Shown here piece after piece: positions 19,467 to 27,906 of a stretch of 64,000 nucleotides of DNA; position 1 is the first letter of the stretch; every line of letters starts with the position of its first letter. Under the pieces are notes generated by a model, which did not search any database, was not told the DNA's origin, and saw only the letters and a list, made by a program, of their open reading frames with translations. The stretch is taken from positions 1-64,000 of IMG/VR virus record IMGVR_UViG_2687453780_000005; one strand, written 5' to 3'. This stretch comes from a virus (taxonomy: Duplodnaviria > Caudoviricetes). The position numbers and the translations under genes were made by a program.

Positions 19467-19919
19467 ATGTTAATTAAGTGTCCAGAGTGTGGAAAAGACA
19501 TTTCAGATAAATCTCAAAGCTGTATTCATTGTGGTTATCCTTTAAATGAATCTATAGTCCATCAAAATACCTGTATCATTAACGGAACAAGTTATGACTT
19601 AACCGAAGAATTAAATGATTTAACTAACGATCTATTAGTTGTTGCTATCAAGAAAATCAGACAAAAAAGTCTTATAAGTTTAGGTGACGCAAATAATCTA
19701 TGTAAAATTATTCGCGAAACAAAACAAGTACCACCGACATTTAATAGCACAAGTGAGGTAGTCCAACAAAATGTTCCGCGCTGTCCATACTGTAGCTCCA
19801 CTGACTTAAAGAAAATATCTGGTTTCTCAAAGGCAGGAAGCGTTGCGCTCTTTGGAATCTTTTCTGTTGGCAAAGTAAGCAAACAGTGGCATTGCAATAG
19901 TTGTAAAAGTGATTTTTGA
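19467..19919 (+). CDS. Double zinc-ribbon protein (intron cargo, antisense)
   Basis: CPEC...CIHCG N-terminus, CPYC...CNSC C-terminus, central AIKKIR segment resembling the L7/L12 CTD. Confidence 0.8.
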   Translation: MLIKCPECGKDISDKSQSCIHCGYPLNESIVHQNTCIINGTSYDLTEELNDLTNDLLVVAIKKIRQKSLISLGDANNLCKIIRETKQVPPTFNSTSEVVQQNVPRCPYCSSTDLKKISGFSKAGSVALFGIFSVGKVSKQWHCNSCKSDF

Positions 19920-19924
19920 GTATT

Positions 19925-19955
19925 AAAAAGAGTAGGAGATTATTCCTACTCTTTT
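19925..19955. terminator. Bidirectional terminator
   Basis: AAAAGAGTAGGA-gattat-TCCTACTCTTTT. Confidence 0.75.
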
Positions 19956-19967
19956 ATTTGAGTCAAA

Positions 19968-19979
19968 GAACTTATGTTC
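19968..19979. promoter_or_regulatory. LexA box
   Basis: Perfect GAAC-TTAT-GTTC. Confidence 0.6.
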
Positions 19980-20055
19980 CGACTACCAATATATGGAAAA
20001 TAATGGTAATATTATTTTAAGCAAACCTACGCATGACTTGAACGGAAAGGATTTG

Positions 20056-20151
20056 TTGTTGACAGAGTTTTTCTCTTTCGTGTCTGCCGTTGCCGATGTA
20101 ATTGCACTATTTTACATTATCATAGACCACCACAATCATATAAAGCAGTAA
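20056..20151 (+). CDS. Small hydrophobic peptide (31 aa), type I toxin-like
   Basis: GGAAAGGA RBS, TTG start, MLTEFFSFVSAVADVIALFYIIIDHHNHIKQ. Confidence 0.45.
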   Translation: MLTEFFSFVSAVADVIALFYIIIDHHNHIKQ

Positions 20152-20352
20152 TATAATGAAACATCGTGAGCCTAACGAAAACTGGTATACCCGTAGGATT
20201 ATCAGTCTTGTTCAGAATAATGTTCTTGTCTGGTATTGATGTGACGAACAGGTTTGCGGTTGCCATTATTATTTGTAGAAGTTGTTGGTGTGAATACTGC
20301 ATAAGACAGTCGATTTCCAGTCCACACTAGTTTTAACTGATTTGCGATTATT

Positions 20353-20380
20353 GGGATAGTGAGTTTTATATCACTATCCC
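20353..20380. terminator. Stem-loop between convergent units
   Basis: GGGATAGTGA-N8-TCACTATCCC, perfect 10-bp stem. Confidence 0.65.
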
Positions 20381-20390
20381 GTTTCAATTA

Positions 20391-20564
20391 CTACGACATA
20401 TCCACGCTCATCTCATAAGCCTGACAGATATTACCGCCATAATCATACTCTGACAATTTATTCTTAACTATATCAACTTCATCGTGCCTATAGTTTTTCT
20501 CGAATATTACCTCTGATTTAAATGGATCAAGATGAATCACTATTGCCTTTATGTATTTTCTCAT
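20391..20564 (-). CDS. Small protein (57 aa) coupled to the antirepressor
   Basis: TGATG stop/start overlap; MRKYIKAIVIHLDPFKSEV... Confidence 0.65.
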   Translation of the reverse strand: MRKYIKAIVIHLDPFKSEVIFEKNYRHDEVDIVKNKLSEYDYGGNICQAYEMSVDMS

Positions 20565-21376
20565 CATGCTACCTCCAACTCTTGAATTTTGGATAGAAGA
20601 GTAGTGGCATCGAACTTGTCCAACACATTCTTTTTCTGCATCAGATTATATATGTAATTTAAGCCCTTTGGACTTACCATGGTTACGCTTGAAACATGTC
20701 CATTTTCTGACTTTGAAGTAATAACCTTGAACATTCCATTATTTATAAACTTACCATATGGAATGTTAAAATTACTCTGCTTAGTTAGTACCTTGCATCT
20801 ACGTAGGAATTCAAACAGTTTATTACGTCCAATTTCTACCATTGCCGCTACATCAATGAATTGCAAGTACCCTTGTGCAGTCATTAAATCAACATAAGCC
20901 TTTGCCTGTGGCTCTAACTGTTCAATCTGTTCCTTGTACTTCTGATTCTGATTAAGTAAATCTTTTACCATCGACAGTTTAGTGTCTTCGTTGAATGATG
21001 GAAAATATCTGTCAATAAATTCTGACTCTCTTCCAGTCTCTACAGCCCCACCAGTAGTACGGATTTGTTTGAGATACTTCTTGATTGCTTTCTTCAACGG
21101 TTTGGCGATTTCCTTTTTTGAATACATACAAGCATCGTATAACCCATCTTCATTTAAAACAATGGATTTCTGATTCCCACCAGGGGTACACACTAACTGT
21201 GTATCCTTGTATTCTTCGTCAACCTTTCTTGCAACCGTATACCCATCACGTTCTCCAAGCCATTCAGCCACGTCACCTGCTACAAACCATGGCGATTCGA
21301 TGCTACCGTACATCTTAATTTTCTTACTAAGAATCTCAGTCTCTTGGATAACTGTTAATACCTGCTCATTACTCAT
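20564..21376 (-). CDS. Phage antirepressor (BRO-N plus KilA-C)
   Basis: PWFVAGDVA, TPGGNQ, LNEDGLY; C-terminal IGRNKLFEFLR and VSPKGLNYI. Confidence 0.88.
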   Translation of the reverse strand: MSNEQVLTVIQETEILSKKIKMYGSIESPWFVAGDVAEWLGERDGYTVARKVDEEYKDTQLVCTPGGNQKSIVLNEDGLYDACMYSKKEIAKPLKKAIKKYLKQIRTTGGAVETGRESEFIDRYFPSFNEDTKLSMVKDLLNQNQKYKEQIEQLEPQAKAYVDLMTAQGYLQFIDVAAMVEIGRNKLFEFLRRCKVLTKQSNFNIPYGKFINNGMFKVITSKSENGHVSSVTMVSPKGLNYIYNLMQKKNVLDKFDATTLLSKIQELEVA

Positions 21377-21436
21377 AATGAACCTCCTTCTGAAAAATAT
21401 GTTGATTGATTCAAAAGAAGTGTGTTATAATACCTT

Positions 21437-21510
21437 ACGTATAGTTGGTGTATAACACACCTCTCAATAACCGCCTTAGACCGTCCAAAGTTGAGGTGGT
21501 TATTTTTATT
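21437..21510 (+). ncRNA. Putative antisense RNA to the antirepressor leader
   Basis: TTGATT-18-TATAAT (21402-21431), no ORF, ends at the hairpin and T-run at 21466-21510. Confidence 0.55.
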
Positions 21511-21576
21511 GATACATTGACTTTTGTACTATAATGATATATATTATTCATAGAGCAAAATTTGTATCATGAGTGT

Positions 21577-21605
21577 ATTATAATCTATAGTTCTAAGCGT
21601 GTCAA
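21577..21605 (-). promoter_or_regulatory. Consensus sigma-A promoter of the antirepressor
   Basis: TTGACA-17-TATAAT, flanked by CAAAATTTG at 21556 and 21608. Confidence 0.75.
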
Positions 21606-21648
21606 TACAAAATTTGCATTATAAGTAAAAAAAGGAGGTAAGTGCAAA

Positions 21649-22251
21649 ATGAATAATGAGGTCATGGTAAACTCAATAAAGTTACTGTGTAAAAATAACA
21701 ATATATCTGCTAGTCAGTTAGAAAAAGATGTAGGTCTGAGCCAAGGATTAATTAGTAAATGGCAGAAAACTATGCCATCTCTAGATAAAATCATTGACAT
21801 CGCCAACTATTTTAATGTCTCAATTGATGATGTTGTTGGTAGAAATAAAAAACAGGAAGAGTTAATACAAACTTTATTACAACTTACAATTGATAAAGTT
21901 GTTAACTGGAAAGATGATGATATAGAAAGATCTCCATTGGATAATATTGAAGATTTATTTTCAATATGTTATGAAGAAAATGAAATCTACTATGCTAAAT
22001 ATGAAGATGGATATTTCTATCTCTTTACACAATACGAAACCGATTTTGGAATTATGGAAAACAAAGAACTACAATTATATATACAGCCAGATATAAATAG
22101 TAATCCTGTGTTACAAACGGATAGTTATGATGAGCTAAAGGATCTCTGGCTAATTGTAAGAGAAAGTACGCGTGGGTTGCCAGATGAATATAAAGCTGAG
22201 AAGCTAAAAAATAGTTTTTTGAGTAAATACAAAAATAAACTAAAAAAATAA
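21649..22251 (+). CDS. XRE-family HTH regulator with C-terminal extension
   Basis: SQLEKDVGLSQGLISKWQKTMPSLDKIIDIANYFNVSIDDVVG. Confidence 0.85.
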   Translation: MNNEVMVNSIKLLCKNNNISASQLEKDVGLSQGLISKWQKTMPSLDKIIDIANYFNVSIDDVVGRNKKQEELIQTLLQLTIDKVVNWKDDDIERSPLDNIEDLFSICYEENEIYYAKYEDGYFYLFTQYETDFGIMENKELQLYIQPDINSNPVLQTDSYDELKDLWLIVRESTRGLPDEYKAEKLKNSFLSKYKNKLKK

Positions 22252-22373
22252 ATAAACGATTATTAAAAAAGAGCCGACTATCTAACATAGTTGGCTCTAA
22301 ACTTTGTTATATTAATATAATAAAACCCATTCAATTAAAGAATAGGTTCTCAAATACTGATGAAAAAAGGTAA

Positions 22374-22453
22374 GTTATTTAGCCGGGTGGCACTCCGGTC
22401 ATCTCTTTAAGACCCATAGGGCGTGATAGCTGCCTGTTCTATCCTTAAATAAC
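22374..22453 (-). ncRNA. Structured RNA unit 2 downstream of the PBECR nuclease
   Basis: 8-bp closing stem, three hairpins, GAGAUGA linker, loop-loop GGCA/UGCC. Confidence 0.65.
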
Positions 22454-22475
22454 CACCTATCTTAATATAGAAAAA

Positions 22476-22566
22476 GCATAATTATTTTGGATGGGCGGTG
22501 TATCCATCATCTCAGGTACTCTTGCGAGTGCGTCGGGAACCATTTCCGACCTCAAAATAATTATGC
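22476..22566 (-). ncRNA. Structured RNA unit 1 downstream of the PBECR nuclease
   Basis: 14-bp perfect closing stem, three hairpins, GAGAUGA linker, loop-loop UGGU/ACCG. Confidence 0.68.
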
Positions 22567-22602
22567 CTGCTACTATTGTATTAATGTTACACATATAATA
22601 TA

Positions 22603-23025
22603 CTACGAATTTTCATCATTGTCAATAGAAACGTTTCTAATTCTACCGCTATGCAAACGTCTTTCAATCTTTGATTCCTGTATATCATGGACAGTTGAAA
22701 CGTATAAATAATTCCCCTCAATATCTAATTTTATCCCAATCATAATATTGTCTTTATAGCGTTTAATAATCTCTATTGATGTTTGGCTTTCATTTGGATT
22801 CACTCCAACATAATCCGGGTTTTCTATTATATCAGGAATAAAATCAATATATTTTAAAGACTTATAATGCTTACGCTTTACCATGTGAGCAGGTAAGCCC
22901 TTAGATCTGTATATATTCAATGATTCAAGTTGTATATTTAAAAGATCATTGTATTTAGAATTATATTCTCCCACTTTTAGTAATTCTTCTTTTTCATTTT
23001 CTCCCACACCCATTACCCCTGTCAA
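22603..23025 (-). CDS. PBECR-like (Barnase/EndoU/colicin E5-D/RelE fold) nuclease
   Basis: HMVKRKH, IPDIIENPDYVG and YLYVSTVH patterns, recognised by eye. Exact start uncertain. Confidence 0.68.
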   Translation of the reverse strand: MTGVMGVGENEKEELLKVGEYNSKYNDLLNIQLESLNIYRSKGLPAHMVKRKHYKSLKYIDFIPDIIENPDYVGVNPNESQTSIEIIKRYKDNIMIGIKLDIEGNYLYVSTVHDIQESKIERRLHSGRIRNVSIDNDENS

Positions 23026-23070
23026 TTATTATGGATTAATTATATAACATAATTTTCCATATTTCTACAA

Positions 23071-23082
23071 GAACGTAGGTTC
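23071..23082. promoter_or_regulatory. LexA box upstream of the nuclease promoter
   Basis: aaGAAC-GTAG-GTTCtt. Confidence 0.6.
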
Positions 23083-23148
23083 TTACAAAGGGGTGTTTTA
23101 CATCTTGAACGCATAAATATTTCCTTTTTTTAGTATATCTATTTGATA

Positions 23149-23632
23149 CATACTTGTTAATATCCAACGTCTTTGAAACGCTGATATTATATATACTTTA
23201 GAACATGCATTAACAGCACACAAAATCAGGCTTTTGCATACTGTGAGGAATGGTGCTCGTTGAACATTCCCTATCCTTTATGACTTTATCCCGACATTGC
23301 TTTCGCAATTGCTACCATCGGATTATATGCCACGACATAGCGTAGATAGGGTTAGCTGCTTCGTTGGTGATTGTACTTCTGTCGGGAATTATTTTTTATC
23401 CCTAGAAATCTCACTCCGGTGTATAAACCGTTTGACTTATTTGCCTTATTTTTCGGCTTCTTCTAAAATAGAAGAGTAGTGAGCGTTACACTTTCAAGCA
23501 ATTAATCCTCTTTTTATTTTAAAACTTTCGTCTCTAGGAATTGTATATACCGCCATTATGGTATTTTCTTCCCCTAGATAGCCCAACTAAATCCCTCGGA
23601 AAGATTTAAGTGTAACTCTTATTTCAGAGTCA
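23149..23632 (-). ncRNA. Group I intron ribozyme core (P1-P9)
   Basis: P3 GAGGA/UCCUC, P4 UGCUU/AAGCA, P6a CCCUAUC/GAUAGGG, J6/7-P7 GUUCAACGAGCA with UGUUCU, and a 13-bp P8, all in canonical order. Confidence 0.85.
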
Positions 23633-25189
23633 AGCGAAGTTTTTTACGAATGATGCAATACCTGCACCAGACACAAGTGTTGGCAAAATGCCAAAGTTTC
23701 GAATTAATTCAGTAAATACATTGTTTAATGTTGTTCCAGATTCTATAAGTACTTTTAAGAAGTTGGAATTTACAACAGTATTAGATAATGTCTGGAATGA
23801 AGCATTTAGTTGCTGTAATTTCGCATCTAAACTCTCAGCCCATCGATCTTGCTCTTGTTGAGCAGATCCATCTGCATTCATTGCTGCACTTAAAGCTTTT
23901 TGAATTTGTCCAGATTGGAAAGCCGTAAGAATGGCAGCACCTTGATTTGCCCTCTGTTTCCCAAACATGAGTTCTAAGAGCGTAGATTTATCTAAATCGT
24001 TTACATCTTTCCATGCTTTTGAAACTTCCTCTAAAATTTGGTAAGTACTTTTTAGTTTACCATTCTGTTCATCAAGAATATTTACTTGGCCTTTGGTGAG
24101 GTTGTAAATTTGAGTCTGGTTTTTACTTACACTATTAATATCCTCATAGGCTTCACCAATTTCTTCAAGTTTACCTTTCATGGAAGCCAATCGAAGAGAA
24201 GCGACCTTGAGCATATTTCCTAGCTCCCCAACTTCTTGAGTGATCTCCCCGCCACCAGTAAGCATAGCCACCGTCTGTTCAAGGGTATTCCCCTGTAAAG
24301 CTAACGCAGAAGCTGAGTTTTTAACACCTTCTCCGATACCTTTTGAGGTTACAGCGAACTCATTACCTAATTTATTGTAAATGTCTATCAGTTTAATACT
24401 ATCTGAGGTTTGAAGATTAAAACCCTTAAGCGCGGTGACCATGTCAGAGACAGCAGTGTCATCATCGACCTCTCCAACGTTGGAGTAAATAGACGAGATT
24501 TTGGCTAAGTTAGCGCTTTGGTCAATTGAATATCCTAATTTGGCCCAGTTTGCCGTTTGTTCAACTAAACTAGATACAGATCTTCCCAATGTTTGCGCAT
24601 CTTTATTCGCATTAGTAAGAAAACTTCTATATTTTGATTCTGTTTCATCTGTAACCTTATAAAGGTTTGTCATAGCAGTATTAATTTCTATGACATTCTT
24701 TGGCATTTGCCTCAGAAGTTGTACAACGGTAGCAATACTTCCCGTAACCAACGCCCACTCTCCAAATTTCTGGCCGGCGGCAGCGAATGTGTCACCTATA
24801 CTTTTACCAGTCACTCCTAAAGCGTCTGCTTCGGCTTTTACACCTCTGAACCGTTTTTGTAGATTACCGAAATCTGATTTATTATCGATTTCTTTCAGTT
24901 TGATAAGTAATTCATCAAGCGTACCACCAAATTCTTTTTCGGCGGCTGAGTTAACTCTACGCCACGCTTGTATCTGATTAGTAAAAGTAATTTTGTCAAT
25001 TTCTTTTAAACCATCTCTAGCCTTAAATATTTGGTTGGCATATTTTTTAGCGGTTTTGTCATCAAGTTCCACGTCGAATTTAAGTTTATATTGTTCTTTT
25101 ACCTGTGCAATTAATTTTGGTAATTGCTCATTCTTCAATTTCGATGAGTCAATCATAGTTTGAAGAATGAGAGAAATATTGTCGGCCAT
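23633..25189 (-). CDS. Tape measure protein exon 1 (519 codons)
   Basis: TP901-type tape measure core (INTAMTNLYKVTD...LGNEFAV). The apparent TGA is the first 3 nt of the intron. Confidence 0.88.
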
Positions 25190-25300
25190 GTAACACCCCT
25201 TTCATATTTTTTGACATAAAAATAACTGCCACACAAAAGGAGAGGCAGTAGTAATAGTAATGTTTTTATATTTTTGATTTACAAGCAAAGTGGGATTTTA

Positions 25301-26281
25301 TTAGATATTATATTTATCTTTTGCTTCCCTTAATTTCTTTTTATCTTGACGAAGATAAAATTTCTTAGTTACATCAAGCCCCGAATGGTTCAATAGTTCA
25401 CTTATTTGTTCTATTGGGCAGCCCGCAAGTTTGAGGAGCTGACTACCTGAATGCCTAAAATCATGCGGATGCAATGTTGGTACATTTATCATTAATCCGA
25501 TTTTCTTTGCCCACTCAGTCAGCGTAGTTGTGTTTATTGGCTGAAGTTTCCCTCCATAATTTGAGTAAAATATCCAACCTCCATCTATGATATCATTGGC
25601 TTCACGATATTCTTTTAACTCAGATAGGAGAGTGGCAACCTCTTCGTTAAAGTACAATGTTACAATTTTACCTTCTTTTTCAAGAACGTCATTACATGTT
25701 CTTTCCTCAAAATCTACTTGATCCCAACGAATACTAGATACAGCGGTGACTCTAGCCATAGTAGACAGAGAAAACAGTGCATACAATTGAAGTTCTCTGC
25801 AATTCAACTTCTCTGTATCCTTATATTCCTGTAATTTATCTCTCATTAAGGAAACTTGATCTTGTGTTAAGAAAGTTTGTACGGCTATATCGGTGTCCTT
25901 TTGTGGTCTATCAATAAAATCCATCGGATTTTCTGAGATAACTTTTTTCTTTCTAAGAAATTTATAGAAAGCTGAGATAGAAGACATACGCCTTTTCATT
26001 CTACGAGAATTATTTCCTTCGGTCTTACAATAATAAAAGAACTCTGTAAGATCATCTTCATCTAATTCAGTAATGCATTGGTTTCCTTGATTATCGTATA
26101 TGTAAATAAACCAATGACTTAAATCATTATCGTATCCTTTCATGGTCTTTTCCGATAATTCTCGTAGCTCCATATCCATCTTATACTTTTTATATAATTT
26201 CTTTGTTTCGGTGTTGACATTTTTTAACTTTTCCTCATTAAAAAAATGTATACGTTTACTGCGCTCTGCCATACAAATCAC
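25301..26281 (-). CDS. Tyrosine recombinase (XerC/D family; SPbeta YomM position)
   Basis: STMARV, HPHDFRH, LLNH and KKFY; located just upstream of the tape measure gene. Confidence 0.88.
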   Translation of the reverse strand: MICMAERSKRIHFFNEEKLKNVNTETKKLYKKYKMDMELRELSEKTMKGYDNDLSHWFIYIYDNQGNQCITELDEDDLTEFFYYCKTEGNNSRRMKRRMSSISAFYKFLRKKKVISENPMDFIDRPQKDTDIAVQTFLTQDQVSLMRDKLQEYKDTEKLNCRELQLYALFSLSTMARVTAVSSIRWDQVDFEERTCNDVLEKEGKIVTLYFNEEVATLLSELKEYREANDIIDGGWIFYSNYGGKLQPINTTTLTEWAKKIGLMINVPTLHPHDFRHSGSQLLKLAGCPIEQISELLNHSGLDVTKKFYLRQDKKKLREAKDKYNI

Positions 26282-26357
26282 TTCCTTTCATTTTTCATAC
26301 AAAAAGCGCCCATACCTGTTACAGCATGAGCGCCTAAAATCTAAAACAAATCAGTAT

Positions 26358-26549
26358 TTAATTAGAAAATACAGCTTTAAAAAATCTTGGGTAAACTTCC
26401 CATTTGGCCTCTGGATACTTTTCGATATTCTTATCTACAAGATCATGAACTTCTTGAATCGTGCCCTTATTCTCATCAACATGAATAATTTTGCCGCCAG
26501 TAACTCCAATCTCCTCACAAATCACATTATAATACATCTTCTCAGACAT
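26358..26549 (-). CDS. Hypothetical protein
   Basis: Likely start MSEKMYY after AAGGGGGAG. Confidence 0.65.
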   Translation of the reverse strand: MSEKMYYNVICEEIGVTGGKIIHVDENKGTIQEVHDLVDKNIEKYPEAKWEVYPRFFKAVFSN

Positions 26550-26550
26550 A

Positions 26551-26769
26551 TTACTCCCCCTTTTCTTTTTCACAATATTCCGTATATTCTACTAAGTCAT
26601 CTAATGTCACATTTAAAGCATATGCCAATTTACACAACGTTAATACGCTAGGAATGGCTTGCTCATTCTCAATCCTACTGATTGTCGACCTATCAACCCC
26701 CGATTTCTGCTCAAGTTCTCTTATTGATATACCTTTTTCTATTCTTACGTCACGTAATTTTATAAACAT
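26551..26769 (-). CDS. XRE-family HTH protein
   Basis: ISIRELEQKSGVDRSTISRIENEQAIPS; GAGGTG RBS before MFIKL. Confidence 0.85.
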   Translation of the reverse strand: MFIKLRDVRIEKGISIRELEQKSGVDRSTISRIENEQAIPSVLTLCKLAYALNVTLDDLVEYTEYCEKEKGE

Positions 26770-27099
26770 GCAAACACCTCTACAATTTAGTAGTATCCAT
26801 AGTATTTGCACAAGCAATAAATTTATTAATGACATAATATCACATAATTTCCCAAAAGTCGGTTGTTAGAAAGCAACCATTAATTACATTATCTAATATG
26901 TGTTTTTCAAACATTAGTGTAAATTATCAATATTACAATATTTACATAGCCCAGTCACTTCATCTTCTGATCGAGCAATATCCTCTCCACATATATTGCA
27001 ATAATGCCTTTCGACTCTATAACATGGGCAGGAGTCATATAAACAAGGAAGACCACAATCGTAGCACTCAGATTCGTATTTTACCAAAACATTATCTCC

Positions 27100-27591
27100 T
27101 TATTTAATTGTCAGGCCAGCAGTACTACTCAAATACTTCTTGAAATCTACAAATAAATCATAAATACCACCATGGTTCACAGAGTCTACAAAAGACTGCC
27201 AAAAGTCTCCGTCTGTTACAGCGATAGACTCCTGTCCATGTATACCGCTTCTCATCAAGTCCCAAACGTCTTCTACGGTATCACCGGGAATAGATGAAAC
27301 TGTTCCTGTAATGGGATTTTTCCACTTTGCCGGGTCATATGATACTTTACTTGGATCGAGATAGATTTCCATAGATATGGTTTTACCTGACATTTTTATA
27401 TTACTGACCATAATAGCATTAATAATTCTGTACTGTCTTTCGTACATTTCTGGCTCAAATTTATCATAAAATTCACTGTAAATAAATTGCTCCAAATATC
27501 TTGGAAGATCTTCCTGCAACTGTTTATATTTAGCAACAATCATTTTAATAATATAATTATCAATTTCACTTGGACTGATAGTTTTGCCCAT
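27100..27591 (-). CDS. Hypothetical virion-module protein
   Basis: 163 aa in the late operon. Confidence 0.7.
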   Translation of the reverse strand: MGKTISPSEIDNYIIKMIVAKYKQLQEDLPRYLEQFIYSEFYDKFEPEMYERQYRIINAIMVSNIKMSGKTISMEIYLDPSKVSYDPAKWKNPITGTVSSIPGDTVEDVWDLMRSGIHGQESIAVTDGDFWQSFVDSVNHGGIYDLFVDFKKYLSSTAGLTIK

Positions 27592-27592
27592 A

Positions 27593-27904
27593 TTATTTTA
27601 CAGCCTTTAATTCAGCCATCTTTTCTGCATGAGCATTTTCACTTATGGTCTTGTAATAGTCAGAGGTTAACTCTGGATTATTAGCCACCTTTGAGATGTT
27701 GTCCATGAATTTCTTCATGTCATCTGGGTTGAAGTTTCCGGTGAATCCAGACATTGATTTAATTATCTCTTGCTGTTCAAGCGTTACCTGTTTCTGTAGC
27801 TCCATGAGGTCACTATACTGATTTAACAGCAGAATAGTAAGCGCCTTCTTTGCCTGGTTGTATTCTTTTCTTGCAATAAAATATTCTTTAATTTTCTTAA
27901 ACAT
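27593..27904 (-). CDS. Hypothetical protein (possible tail assembly chaperone)
   Basis: 103 aa, helical, upstream of the tape measure gene. Confidence 0.55.
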   Translation of the reverse strand: MFKKIKEYFIARKEYNQAKKALTILLLNQYSDLMELQKQVTLEQQEIIKSMSGFTGNFNPDDMKKFMDNISKVANNPELTSDYYKTISENAHAEKMAELKAVK

Positions 27905-27906
27905 AT

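Larger units (their letters stand above)
19395..23632 (-). mobile_element. Predicted 4,238-nt group I intron with cargo genes in the tape measure gene
   Basis: Exon 1 ends in U, the intron ends in G, the IGS at 23581-23588 pairs with both exons, and ligation is in frame. Confidence 0.82.

Noticed and set aside
19467-23025. Homing endonuclease in the intron
   Set aside because: No LAGLIDADG, GIY-YIG or HNH motif recognised in any cargo ORF.
14583-25189. Tape measure pseudogene or two independent genes
   Set aside because: Both halves are uninterrupted, the second lacks an SD, and an IGS plus ribozyme core predict exact in-frame joining. Not excluded without RNA data.
4599-26281. Either tyrosine recombinase as the prophage integrase
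   Set aside because: Neither is adjacent to att; one sits among fibre cassettes and the other inside the late operon.
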